A program made the position numbers and the translations under genes. DNA of 64,000 bases from Octopus sinensis (lineage: Eukaryota), in the NCBI RefSeq assembly GCF_006345805.1, contig NC_043000.1, forward strand, positions 32,984,001 through 33,048,000, given 5' to 3'. Numbering within the stretch: position 1 is the first letter of the stretch; each line of letters opens with the position of its first letter. The notes under the pieces are model-generated. The model was not told the DNA's origin. It worked only from the letters and a program-made list of their open reading frames with translations, and did no database searches. Positions 37,282-50,553 of the stretch are shown here, piece after piece.

Positions 37282-37534
37282 AAGGTAATGATTTACGATA
37301 ATGACAATTATCAAGGACAATTATAACTGCTTCTCCTAAATAAGTCTCAAAATTTCTGCTTACACACACACACGACTTGTAATAATGAAATCGAACCAAA
37401 TATTGGTTTCAAATTTTGACACAAAACCAGCAATTTTCATCGACCTCAGTATATGAATGGTACTTATTTTATCGACCCCGAAAGGATGAAAGACAAAGTC
37501 GACTTCAACGTCATTTGAATGCAGAATTTAATAA

Positions 37535-37745
37535 GCCCAGAAAATATAAAGATTTGCTCATTGAAATCGAAAGATTTGAATCATCTCAAGACGGCTACAA
37601 TACCAGTGATTGTAGGATCATTTGGAATGATCAAAAATGGAACTGAAAATTATTTAAGAATGATCCCTGGCTTACCATCCATGCAAGGAGTTCAAAAGAT
37701 TATCTTAACTGGTATGTCACACGTATCGGGAAGAACATTGTCGCT
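37535..37745 (+). mobile_element. R4/Dong-like LINE extreme 3' fragment (diverged subfamily)
   Basis: KYKDLLIEIER...TIPVIVGSFGMIK...QKIILTGMSHVSGRTLSL parallels the end of the 39522-39824 ORF. Confidence 0.7.
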
Positions 37746-37860
37746 GGGAATTTTCGTTCCTCCCCTCCCTTTATTTTATTTTATTTGTTTACTTTTCTTT
37801 TTTTTTTTATTTTTTCGTTTTACTCTATTCCTCTTTTTCTCTATCACACAACTTTGTAAA

Positions 37861-39922
37861 TGAACAAGAAGAGCAGAAGGGATGCTGCAAGGGCTCATAC
37901 AGCTGTAAAGATTAACTAATGACCAATAAAGCCATAACTGAAGACAGCCACAGAAAGAAGAAAGGCCTCAGTATGGCCTGGATCGACTACCGAAAGGCTT
38001 TTGGTAGCATTCCCCACACGTGGATCCTCGAAACACTAGCCACGAACAAAGTAGCACCAATAATTATAAAATACATAAGACACTCTATGAATAAATAGCA
38101 GACAGTGCTACAGCTTCAAACAAAAAAGGGACTCATGAAAAACAAAGCCATCCCCATTAGAAGAGGAATATTCCAAGGAGACACGCTCTCTCCACTCCTT
38201 TTCTGCTTGGCACTGACACTTTTATCTGACATGCTAAACAGAATTGGATACAGATACAAATGTTACGGCAAAACAATTAGCCACCTCTTATATATGGATG
38301 ACCTAAAACTATACGTTACAAATGATAAACAGCTGGAAACACTACTAAAGACAGTATATGGATTTACCAAAGAAATAGATATGAATTTTGGCTTAGAAAA
38401 ATGTGCCAAAGCAACCATGAAAAGAGGAAAACTAGTAAAGAGTAGCAACATCACACTAGATAAAGCCTATGAAATAAGAGAATTAGACCAAAGCCGGACA
38501 TACACATATTTAGGAATCAATGAACTAGATAAGCTACAACACACACAAATGAAAGAGAAAATAAAGAAAGAATACTACAGACGAGTTAGATCAATAATAA
38601 AAACAGAGCTCAATGCTAAAAACAAGATAATAGGTATCAATACTCTAGCCGTCCCAGTTATAAGTTACAGTTACAATATCCTTAACTGGACACTAAATGA
38701 ACTAACCAAAATAGACAGGAAAAAAGAAAAATAATGACAGGGTCTAGGATGCACCACCCAAAATCTGACATAGAAAGGCTATACATACAACGTATAGAAA
38801 GTGGTAGAGGCCTTATACAGCTGGAAATCTATTATAGAATAACCACCATAAGACTGCAAAAATACTTACTTCAGAAGCAAGAAAAACTAATACAAATAGC
38901 CACAAAACTCGAGCAAAACAAAAAACTGTTTTCAGTATTTAAGGAAGCTGACAAATACAAACAAGAAGTCATACTACCTAACAAATATGAAAAAGAAACA
39001 ACAAAAGCTATAAAACAAATGAATCCAAACTAAAACTAGAACAGCAATGGAATTTGATAAAACGACGGCAAGAAAAGCCCTTTCATGGCAAATACTGGAC
39101 TAAACTAAACGCAAAAGAAATAGACAGAAGAATCCCAACAATGGTTGAGAAGCTCAGGACTCAAAGCAGAGACAGAGGGATTTTTAACTGCAGCACAAGA
39201 CCAAAGCCTCCCCACCAGAAATTATCAAAAACATATAATGAAAAGAAACAAGTAACTGCAGAATATGTGGAGATGGACAAGAAACAATAAATCATATCAT
39301 CTCTGGCTGCCCAGACCTGGCTAAGAAGGAATATATTCACAGACACGACAGAGTTGGGACCTACATACACTGGAAGCTATGCCAACACTATGGAATAACA
39401 ACAGAAAAAAGATGGTAAAGGCACACACAAGAAAAGGTCACAGAAAACGAGAAAGCAACCATACTCTGGGATATGCCAATACACAAAGATAGAGAAATTA
39501 AGGCCAACAGACCAAATATAGTTGTCAGAGATCATGAAGAAAAAATGCTTTCTAATTGATGTATCAACACCAGCAGAAGACAACGTTTCTCTAAAAGAAA
39601 TGGAGAAACTTTCAAAATACAAAGACCTGGAAATAGAAGTAACTCAAATGTGGAGTCTAAAAACAGAAACAATTCCTAACATAGTGGGCGCATTAGGTAT
39701 GATTAAAAAATATTCAGATAAATACATAACAAAAGCGCCAGGTCTTACAAATGTATATAACACACAGAAAATTGCACTACTGGGCACTGCACACATCCTA
39801 TGCAGAAAACTTTCAATACAGTAACCATCAGAGCATCACAGCAAACCACAGCACATATCCAAGGCACACAAAGCTGCGCTCGGTAGTGAAATGAAAGCAC
39901 GTTATAAAAATAAAACTACTGA

Positions 39923-39955
<33 letters not shown>

Positions 39956-39960
39956 GTAAT
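37861..39960 (+). mobile_element. 5'-truncated R4/Dong-like RLE non-LTR retrotransposon ending at (TAA)n
   Basis: WIDYRKAF, RRGIFQGDTLSPLLFCLAL, HLLYMDDLKLY, FGLEKCA (RT); CRICGDGQETINHIISGCP (CCHC); RPNIVVRD...CFLIDVSTP...EKLSKYKDL (RLE); (AAT)n at 39924-39960; frameshifted. Confidence 0.92.
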
Positions 39961-40049
39961 GTTGAGGCTGTTAATTGTTATTAACAAAACCACATTTCAT
40001 CCCATCCGTTAAACATGAACATTTCACGACATAAAAACAAATACTCACC

Positions 40050-40620
40050 GCCAGTGGTGACCATCTCTGAGGATCATTTCTTGTAAGATCCTCACATTCT
40101 AAATATGGTCAAAACCACGTCACAACGACTGACCTTCCTCGTCAAGTCCAGGAAATTATTCAGTCCTCAATAACTTCTGACCCATTACAAAGCTCACGTA
40201 AGACCTACATTGACCTACAACTAACACATCTAGGACGGTGCTGTTGCTGCAGTCACAGCCATCCAAGAAAGACAACCCAACTGACTTCCATTGAATCACT
40301 CCAGCAACTGTCACCCGACTCTTTCTCTTTGCCTTTACTATTGTGTCAGAACCGTCCCCTGCCATAGTTTATATGACTATTGGAGCGGTGAATCTGGGAG
40401 TTTTCTTTTTTGCCATCACTTCTAGAGTGGTTGCTTTCTTCTTGTTGTTGGTCACTCTCGACTCCCTGGTCTCTTCTATCTACCCGTTCTTCTCTGTCAA
40501 TCCCACTTCCTGATAGTCCACAAGCCTCACTAACCACTCCACAGATCCTTCTTCTTAAGAATGTCTGTTCTGACCGTACCCCACCCCACATCATATATTT
40601 CTTCTCCCTGGTCTCTACAG
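40050..40620 (-). mobile_element. CR1-like LINE endonuclease fragment
   Basis: Degenerate APE-like coding remnants resembling those at 11.6-11.9 kb. Confidence 0.35.
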
Positions 40621-41328
40621 TGATGTCCGACTGGAAAAAAAATGAAGGATGTAACCTTTATGAGGCAATATACTCCAGCCTCTATCCTCCTGTCTTTGAT
40701 TTAGATATATTGAATGAAGAAATAAGTTATCTAATGTACCTCACATCAATAACACGGCAGGGAGTAATTTGGGAACACTTTGGCTGTTATTTCTAGCTGG
40801 TCATGTGATTATGTGGAGACTATGCACACATTGAAGGGTCGAGTTATGCGTTTAGGGCAATACCTTTAAAATGTATTCGAAACACGATTTTTCACATTTC
40901 TCTGTCGATTTTATTTTCTCCAATATCTTTAAACACAGTATTCTAACGTTTAAACAAACCTTTTATTTTATAAAATAATATTCCAGTTTGCTTTAAAACA
41001 TTGCATTTTTATAGCCAAATAGAACTTTTCGAGTTTTTGCCAGAATGTAGATGTCGCTTAAATTGCACATCAAAATTGTTTTTAGCAACCTACTATAAAT
41101 TTTGGATAGTAAATTATTAGTCATAAACACTGAGACACAATTAGTTATTGATTGCGAAAGTCACAAATTATTCAATGACTCAATACAGTTGAATGAACAG
41201 AGAAAAATAGATGTAGTAAGAGTTCGAATTTAGATGATTTCAGTATAAAATTAAAAAATCTTATCTGGCGCTTTCTTGTTCAGCCTTTTATACCTCTGGA
41301 TTTTTTAGACAATTATGCTTCTCCTTCC

Positions 41329-41373
<45 letters not shown>

Positions 41374-41448
41374 GAAGGGCTTCTGTACAAATGCTGTCCA
41401 CAACGTATTACTGGTTTACACAAGACTAAAGCAAAAAATCTTGCTTAA

Positions 41449-41670
41449 CCCATTAAGTCCCAGATTACTTAAATTTCTGAATATTACATTAAAATTTTTA
41501 CAGATGATTGAAAATAGGTTAAAATGAAAAAATAATTATTAAAACTCCTTTACTTCAAGTAGAAATGGAAATACTCGGTGTCCTATAAATAGGACACTGA
41601 GACAATGTGATATAGCTTATTTAATGTTCTCATCTAGTGTCCTATTTATAGGACAGTGGGACTTAAAGGG
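41449..41670. mobile_element. piggyBac-type MITE with TTAA TSD
   Basis: TTAA|CCCATTAAGTCCCA ... TGGGACTTAAAGGG|TTAA (14-bp TIR, 1 mismatch); internal 18-bp inverted pair tgtcctataaataggaca (41579) and tgtcctatttataggaca (41638). Confidence 0.9.
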
Positions 41671-41734
41671 TTAAGGTGAGTTTCAAAGCGATCAGCCTTG
41701 ATCCAGAGAGTAATGCCTATATCTTATGTCTCCG

Positions 41735-41960
41735 TGTTTAGTGTACTTCGTCCTGTTCGATCTTCATCTTCAAGGCTGAAATCTCCACTTCTGAATTTTG
41801 CAAACCATCTTCTGCAAGTTCTTTCATTCAAGCATTCTTTCTCATAAACTGAGTGTATGTTTCGAATCACTTCGGCTGCAGACTTTCCTTTTTTGTACTC
41901 ATAAAGCATTATGTGCCTCAAATGCTCTTTGGATACTTCCGCATTAGAAAGGGTTTTAAT
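41735..41960 (-). mobile_element. Mariner transposase N-terminal HTH fragment
   Basis: KEHLRHIMLYEYKKGKSAAE...ERTCRRWFAKFRSGDFSLEDEDRTGR. Confidence 0.88.
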
Positions 41961-42232
41961 CAAAGAAATTTTAATTCTATTATTCTGTAAAATAATATTT
42001 AATTAGTTTAAATGTACACAAATGCATAAAAAATAATTTTAATTCCATAAGACATTCTAAAATACTATCAAATTAATAAAAACTGGAGTAAAAAATCCTG
42101 GCAGATATGAATTAAGGTCTCAGTAGAAAGGAATTATATACATACATACATACATACATACATACATACATACATACATACATACATACATACATGTATA
42201 TATATAAATATACACTGACGTATACACGCATG

Positions 42233-42274
<42 letters not shown>

Positions 42275-42381
42275 CGTGTATGTACGGATCCATCTTTTTA
42301 TATGTCTGTCTATCTCTATATACACGTATTTTTCATATATACACATATACATATGTATATACATGTGGGTGTGTGCATTGC

Positions 42382-42432
<51 letters not shown>

Positions 42433-42554
42433 TGTGTATGTGTGTGTATCTGTGTATGAGGGTGTGTGTATTAGTTGACATTCTTAACCGTTTCAGTAAA
42501 ATTTTACTTCACTGCAGCAATTCCATGTAATTTTTTTTCTTTTGTTAATTTCAG

Positions 42555-42788
42555 CCATTTCTATGTTCCTTGGCTGCGTAGTTTACCCCAATGGATGGGA
42601 CAATGAAACGGTTCGCCGGATCTGTGGTGTAGGGGCTACAAAATACTACCTAGATCGATGCACAATCAGATGGGCATATATACTCGCCATTATTCTCATC
42701 TTCGACGCCATTATTTTAGCTGTCTTAGCTTTTGTGTTGGCGGCCAAACAAGCCAGGGTGTTGCCGGAAATTTACCACAAGAACCCAC
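42555..42788 (+). CDS. LHFPL3: LHFPL-family protein, coding exon 2
   Basis: Acceptor tttcag at 42554 completes G|CC (Ala); ISMFLGCVVYPNGWDNETVRRICG...KYYLDRCTIRWAYILAIILIFDAIILAVLAFVLAAKQ matches the LHFPL3 TM3-TM4 region; donor C/GTAAGT at 42789. Confidence 0.95.
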
Positions 42789-43269
42789 GTAAGTTCCATA
42801 CACTTTTTTGGTCGCTTATCCTTCTTATTGTTCTAAACTCCTTGCCCATTCCCGCTTCACAATCGGCGTTCGTATGTTTACAATTCTGAAACTTAGCAGT
42901 TTGCCAAAGAGGCCGAGAGAATAAGTAGCAAGTTTTAAAAATAAAAAAAATATATACTAGGGTCAATTCGTTCGACCAAGAATTCATCACGGCGCTGCCC
43001 CAGCATGGTCGCTGTCTAAGGCCAAGAGAAGTAAAAACTAAAGGATAAACGATAAAAAGATCACATTCTCCATATTTGGTATTTCACTTTGTTAAACTAG
43101 ATTTATTCGCAGACTGTATAAATATGATTACACCCAACTCTACGACTAACTTCATAGAATAAACATTCAAAGAAACTGTCATTTGGAGCGAAAATGTCAC
43201 TTCTGCCTCATCACCGGCTGATCGAACTTTCTCGGATATTTTTAACCCGCTCACACCATCCACCTCAGC

Positions 43270-43640
43270 CCTGCATTAGTTGAGGGAGGTTTTCGTGAAG
43301 GCATCAACTGTCTCTGGTGAACGTTGTGTTCGGACGACCTGCTCGTGTATGGCCATGCTTTGCCATCCATATCTGTAGGTCATTTGCCAATTCTTGTTTA
43401 GGTCGCCTGCAATGTCCTGAAAGGCAAAAGCGCCTTTCCCTTGTAATGGTGGAAACAGGCAGGAGATATCCATACAGCTGTTTCTTGGTGAGATGACTCC
43501 TCCAATATGTATTTAAGATGGCTCTTAATATTCGGGTGTAAATTCCATTTAGCTTGGATTCCAGGTTTATGGGAAGCGTCTAGGCTCTTTTCCCCGTACA
43601 ATGGGACTGACACTAGTCTGGGGCAATGTTGGGACATCAT
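43270..43640 (-). mobile_element. RTE-clade LINE C-terminal remnant
   Basis: Degenerate post-RT region ending ...VDAFTKTSLN; many stops. Confidence 0.45.
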
Positions 43641-43809
43641 CTTGAAGAATTTTAGTCGAACGAATCGACCCCAGGGCTTATATTATTAGCTTGGTATTTA
43701 GTCTCTTTGCAGACCGATGCAGACTTTGTGGAGATAACACCGAAGATATCACTTACATCATAAGAAGTTGTCCGAAAATGTCAGCACGGTATTATCTATG
43801 ATGTTGTAG

Positions 43810-44128
43810 CTAGAACAGTCTATAGTGAAATCCGTCGGAAGGACAACTCCGAGGACAAAGAAATAAGCACCCACAGTATGGTAGAAGCCATAGCCACTCA
43901 TAATAAAAAGGAATACTGGTGGAATGTACCAGTGAAGATCTCAATGAAATGTAAGCACAACAGACTTGATGTAATGATTTTGGGATAGAGAAGAGGAACT
44001 GTGCACAGTTGTGGAAATTCGCTGCCCAGTGGATGTTAACATAAAGCTGAAGATCAGTGAAAAATAGAATACCTACGATGAACAATTGAAAAATCTGCAG
44101 TTACTCTATCCAAATTACAAGTTCAGGT
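43810..44128 (+). mobile_element. RLE endonuclease fragment of an R4/Dong-like LINE
   Basis: KEYWWNVPVKISMKCKHNRLDV...DREEELCTVVEIRCPVDVNIKLKISEK...LQLLYPNYKF. Confidence 0.7.
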
Positions 44129-44131
44129 ATA

Positions 44132-44429
44132 TAGAAATAAATGCAGCATAATTATAATTAATTAATAAGGGTGAGAGAATTAGATACTAATTTAATAGTA
44201 TACCTATTCAACACCAAGTGGCCCAGTGCCCCGAGAAACCTGGATTATTATAATATTTTATAACATATTATATTTTTGTATAAAATATTATAATATGTTA
44301 TAAAATATTATAATAATCCTGGTTTCTCGGGGCACTGGGCCACTTGGTGTTGAATAGGTATACTATTAAATTAGTATCTAATTCTCTCACCCTTATTAAT
44401 TAATTATAATTATGCTGCATTTATTTCTA
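44132..44429. repeat. 298-bp near-perfect palindrome (139-bp arms, 20-nt spacer), TA-flanked MITE-like element
   Basis: 44132-44270 vs 44291-44429 are reverse complements with one mismatch (cctgg/ccagg); begins and ends with TA. Confidence 0.95.
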
Positions 44430-45139
44430 AATGTAGTATCTGTTTCCGTGAAAGTTTGGCGCGCTGTTGGTAGGGGCATTTGAATTATAACGTCGGATGT
44501 AATCAATTGAACCACACGTGTATTTATCGTTATGGTAAAATCTGGCGTGTGATTGAGTGGATTTCATCCAGATAGTTTTGGCTGAGGAGCTACAAGTGAG
44601 TTATTGTGAGTAAAATTACATTTAATTCATTAATAGCGAAACAATTGTCCCAAAATAATCTGTATTTTTGTTATTTTTATTTGCCCTGTTCGTGTGAGCT
44701 AACAATCGTACTGACTTTCATGGGAAACATATATTTTTGTGGTTGAAACCTATTGGATCTAGTGCTAGAGTGAGCCACATAGTGACCACTCTCTTATATT
44801 TATTTTATATTATATATTTATATATATATATATATGTAACTATGTGTGTGTGTGTGTGTGTGGATGTGTATGTATGCATGTGCGTGTATATGCGCATATG
44901 AATGTGTGTGTATATGTATAGCGATAGCGAACTCAGCACGTGCATAGTGTATAGTTTCTGTCGAAGACTCCATCGATAAATTCATGATAAAGGAACAGGA
45001 CTACTTTGTAAGAGTCCTTACGTAGATAGAGAGTACATCCACTGTACTTTATTGATTGTGTACTTTGGTTTAACTTTCTGTTCTGTGTGTACTTGAGACA
45101 CGGGAACGTACAACGGTTATTTAGTTCTTCTCAGTGGTA

Positions 45140-45345
45140 TTGCATCATCAAGATTGGCGAAGAATATTTTGAAGCACATCATCAAAGAAAGGAAAAAAGA
45201 TAAACGGCTCTGACGGAAGACCTGCCCACTCCAACCAAGGTCTCCACCAATCAACAGATGTGACCTTTGCAGACAATTGTTCCATGCAAAAATAGGACTT
45301 TTCAGCCATCAGAGTCATTGTCAAGAACAAGGAATCACAAACGAA
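45140..45345 (+). mobile_element. RTE LINE 3' end with C2H2 remnant
   Basis: CDLCRQLFHAKIGLFSHQSHC. Confidence 0.6.
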
Positions 45346-46018
45346 GAAAGAAATACTCGGAAACGAGGAGAAACCAACGACAATAATACGTATATGTACA
45401 CACACACATACACACACACACACTCACACACATATATACATGCCTATACATACACACACGACACACATATACGTACACACTCACATACACACATATATAC
45501 ATATGTATGTACGTTTGTATATAACATACATCCGTGTGTGTGCGTGTGTGTATGCGTGTGTGTATGTGTTTATATGTGTGTATCTGTGTGCGTTTATGTG
45601 TGTGTGTATAATGCGTATACCTATACAATCAAGCACAAAGTGTTAAAGTGATAAGAACAAAACTGTTTAATTCGCTTCTATCTCTGCCCATATTTCACGA
45701 ATAAAAGAGACAGGTTCTCTCGCAGACGTTGAAACCTGATATTAGCTTTGAAATTAAAAGCAGTGTAAGAGATATTGCTTTATTCCGTAACACCTGTCCT
45801 TATATAAGCTGAAGTCACTAGCTTTGTTTAAGCTGTGATGAAGTAGCATAAATGATATCCTATAATTGTGTAGCGAAACTATATACTAGAAGTATGGCAT
45901 GTTAAAAGAGACAACTATCGTGCAGGCTCAAAAGAGACACGCACACCATATAGACAATTGTATTTGAATATATTATACGTAAATATACATGAACATATAT
46001 GCTTACATGTGTGTGTGC

Positions 46019-46123
<105 letters not shown>

Positions 46124-46136
46124 CCTACCTACCTAC

Positions 46137-46182
<46 letters not shown>

Positions 46183-46206
46183 GTCTGTCTGTCTGTCTGT
46201 CTGTCA

Positions 46207-46300
<94 letters not shown>

Positions 46301-46940
46301 TTTCTGTGTACACACAAATACAAAAGTAGTGTTCAGTAGACATACTACTAGATTAATTTTAGTTGCACCTCTAATATGATGCTTATCATATCACATGCTA
46401 TCCTTCGCCACCGACCGAGGCCGGCTGCACATACCGGAGCATCATCAGATTCTTGCTCATATGCCATGTAACCTGAGACCATCATTTATGAAGCAAAAGT
46501 CAACTATAGCAGTGACTTAAAACCCTACATCTGTATAACAGAAGGATCTTTCAAATGAAGATTTTATAACAACATTGTCTTCCTCAGAATCAAGGAGAGG
46601 TAATATGCTACAAAACCTTTAAGTTATGGCTAACATTTGAAAGAAAGGGGTCCAGGAGACATGAAGTAGAAATGTAAACTGTACGCAAATGCTAGCAGGA
46701 GAAGCTGGTTCTGTACCACGTAGACGAGAATGGTTATAGTATAGTATTTAGATTCTGAACTTCAAGGCAAAAATTTCCACCTAGTGTACGAACGAGCTAA
46801 AATGTATATTTAGGTACTGGAAACATACAACATAAACTATTTCAGGATCTACTATTTTCTCCCTGTAACTCTGTTTACATATCTCTCTCTCTTTCTATCT
46901 CTCTCTTCCTCTCCCTCTCTCTCTCTCTCTTTCTCTCTCT

Positions 46941-46972
<32 letters not shown>

Positions 46973-47811
46973 CGTTAAATGAGTGTATACAAGTGTGTGT
47001 CTGTTTTTGTAAGTATGCGTGAATGTGCGAGCATATATGTGTACATTGATGAATGCCGTCTGTTTTTACGCGAAAGAATTTTTACCGAGGACAAGAGACA
47101 CGACTCCCCTGCAGTGATCTCCAGTCTCCCACCATTTATAGGCTTATTTCAGTTGATTTTGTTGTCTATACGTACATTCGTTCTTCTGAGTATAGAAACA
47201 TAATCCAGCATTTTCTGTTGCTACTGAATTCGTATTCCAGTGCCCTACATAGGCGGACGGCGTGAAGAAAAGCGACATAATAAGAGTTTCGAAACTGTCT
47301 TAGTGTCCGGAGTACCCCCCCCACACACACAATCACACACATTCACACATACACACATACACACACTTACACACACACACTCACACACACATATATACAC
47401 ACACACGTATGTATTTATATTTTTCATTTTTATTCTTGTTTTGTAAGATTTTTGATTTGAAATCGTGTATTGAAACAAACGTTGTTATATCTTGGGAGTG
47501 GTCATTGTGCAAATAAAAACACGCTGTGGATGTATTCCACTTCTTTTTATTACTCTTCTTAAATTACTTAACTAAGTATTCAGTTATTTAAAGGGCTGAT
47601 TTATCTGTTTGACTAATTGATTGACAAATAATTATTAAAAGGAAGCAAAACAGTACCAGCATTTGTGCTGTTATTAGCAAAATGATCCATCCCAAATACT
47701 GCCAACACAAACATACCTACCCAATATTGTAGCATAATATATTTGCCCCAGTCAGAAATTCCAACATATATATATATTGATGTATTTCATTTTTTTGTAA
47801 TGTATTTACAG

Positions 47812-47939
47812 ATCAACAGGATACCATCTCGAAAATTATGTCAGAGCAGGAGCACGACGGCTTCTCGGAATATTCTCACAGGTCGGAGAAATCCAAGAGA
47901 TCATTGCACAGTTCCAGGCCCGATCCTTACCATATGTGA
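47812..47939 (+). CDS. LHFPL3: LHFPL-family protein, probable terminal coding exon
   Basis: Polypyrimidine tract plus tttacag acceptor at 47811; phase-1 join C|AT gives HQQDTISKIMSEQEHDGFSEYSHRSEKSKRSLHSSRPDPYHM-TGA (47937-47939); total CDS 771 nt. No homology support for this tail. Confidence 0.75.
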
Positions 47940-48098
47940 AACAAATAATGGACTCTCAATTCTACCGATGGAAAATGGTTTTTTTTCTTTTTTGGTTTGA
48001 TTTCCAGCAGAATCTTCATAAAGTTAAGAACTATATGATGGTGACTGTGTTTTATAAATACATACATCGATACATTTATAAATACATACATACATAGC

Positions 48099-48140
<42 letters not shown>

Positions 48141-48244
48141 CCTAATACTTAGTCATGTGTCCATACACACACACACATATGTATGTGTGTGGGTATATAT
48201 ATATATATTTATGTATGTATACACACACATAATACATACATGCA

Positions 48245-48276
<32 letters not shown>

Positions 48277-48509
48277 CTTATACATACATACACACATACG
48301 CACATAGTTGTATGTGTGTAGGAAGACGCACAAAAGTACACGCGTATCTTTGTATATCAACAAACTTTTGTATAGCTGCGAGAAGATGGTGTGAAGCACG
48401 TCTCGTCACACTTATGTCTGATGATGTTTCAACTGTCGTGTACAATGTATCTGTGTTAGTACACATGTAACGCTTACTCTATATCAAATGATGCAGCATG
48501 ATATTGCAC

Positions 48510-48540
<31 letters not shown>

Positions 48541-48799
48541 TATATATATGTATATATATATATGTGTGTATATATATATATTATACATATATATATACAC
48601 ACATGTACATATATATATGTACACACACACACACACACACATATATATATGCATGTTTGTATGTATGTATGTTTGTATGTATGTATGTTTGTATGTATAT
48701 ACATAAATATATATACATATAGTTGGAATTTGCAAAAAAACAAAACAAGAGATGAAGATGGGTGTGTAAACAACAAACAGATGTATTAGTTTAACGTTA

Positions 48800-48855
<56 letters not shown>

Positions 48856-49785
48856 CATATATATATATATATATATATATACGTAATATATATATATGGA
48901 TATGTATGTATACACACACACACGCACCTATATGTGTGAGGGCATGTGCGCGAGCATTTACCTAGCTACATACATATGCATGTATATATTGGAAATATAT
49001 TTACATACACACACACACACACACATCCATCCATCCGTGTGCATACGTGTGAGCGTGTTAGGATCTGTGACTTCATTGATGTCTTCTACAAATAAAAGAA
49101 CATTCATATCTATGTCGTCGTGTTTTGCAGCGTTTAAATATCGGCAATGATGTTTGATTATATTATCAAGCAAGCAAAATAATATGTATACAAGCAAGCA
49201 TATCTGAATATATACACTCGCATTACATATGTAGAAACACAGGTAACTACAAACACTGACTAATACTGTGTGAGTTCATTAAAAGACTAGCACATGGCGC
49301 GTCTTGTATGTTCGCTGAGTTATTCTGAAGTCCATCTTGTTTCGAATACACATGACACAGTTATGCAGAACGCCTTTGAAATGGCGTCGACAAGGTTTCG
49401 TTGTGTTAACACACAGGCGACGTTTTATTATTTGTAACACCATGGTGTAAGACATTGTAACACGCACACACGTGTATATATACACACACACATACATACA
49501 TGCATACATACATACATACATACATACATACATACATACATACATACATACATACATAAGTATGTATCTAAGTATATATACACACACACATACAGCGTAT
49601 TACAAACAATATTGTACTCTGGTATAGGTTTTCGACTGCTGTTTTCTCTACCTTATTTTACACCTATGGGGTTTCCATATGTGTGTGTGTGTGTATTGAT
49701 GGATATATATATATATATATATATGAAATAATAATGAAATAATAATAATAAATAATACATATATATATGCATATATATATATATA

Positions 49786-49825
<40 letters not shown>

Positions 49826-50224
49826 TATATAATATATATATTAATATATATATATATATATATAATATATATGCATATATTATTATATGTGTGTGTGTGT
49901 GTTGTGTGAGTGTACTGTAAATCACTCGCCATATCGCAGTTTATTATGTAAACTTACGTCGATTCCTGTGGTGTTGTTTTGCATTTATAATAAAATAAAT
50001 ATATACAAATTGTATATAAGATCTGGGTTTGATTTGTTCGACTAAAAGGCTATGCTCCAGCATGGCCGTAGTCAAATGACCGAAACAAATAAGAGAGTAA
50101 AAGAGCAAAAAGTACAGTACTGTTTCTACTTCACGTATGTTCACTTATCGCGGGTCTGTGTGTGTGTGTGTGTGGGGGGGGGAGTAATACCCGCGATAGT
50201 CGAGGTATTACAGTATGTGAAAAC

Positions 50225-50380
50225 ACACGGTTCAGTGGTTAGATCATGAGGTAGTGGGTTCGATTCCGAGATTGGGCGTGGTGTTGTGGTCTTCCATAAA
50301 CAATCTTGCCCGGACGTTTGCCTCGGAGGGTAACTTTCTAGGTACAATCCCATGGTCATTCATGACCGAAAGGGCTTTTT
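50225..50380 (+). mobile_element. Family D SINE derivative lacking the central core
   Basis: tRNA-like head (gggttcgattcc) joined directly to the 3' part ggtcttccataaacaatcttgccc...gaccgaaagggc seen in the 24525 copy. Confidence 0.7.
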
Positions 50381-50405
50381 ATGTAAGCATATTACACACA
50401 CACAC

Positions 50406-50452
<47 letters not shown>

Positions 50453-50553
50453 ACATATATACATAATGAGAATTTACGAAAAAACAAAAGACGAAGACGG
50501 GTGTGTAAATAAGAAACAGATGTATTAGTTTAACGGTCGGGAAGTAAGAAAGT

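Noticed and set aside
42789-42889. Read-through of exon 2 giving an extra hydrophobic tail (RKFHTLFWSLILLIVL...)
   Set aside because: A consensus GTAAGT donor is present and the extension runs into a SINE remnant.
46400-46450. CTGATGA on the minus strand as another hammerhead
   Set aside because: No GAAA-N-UH partner or helix I pairing.
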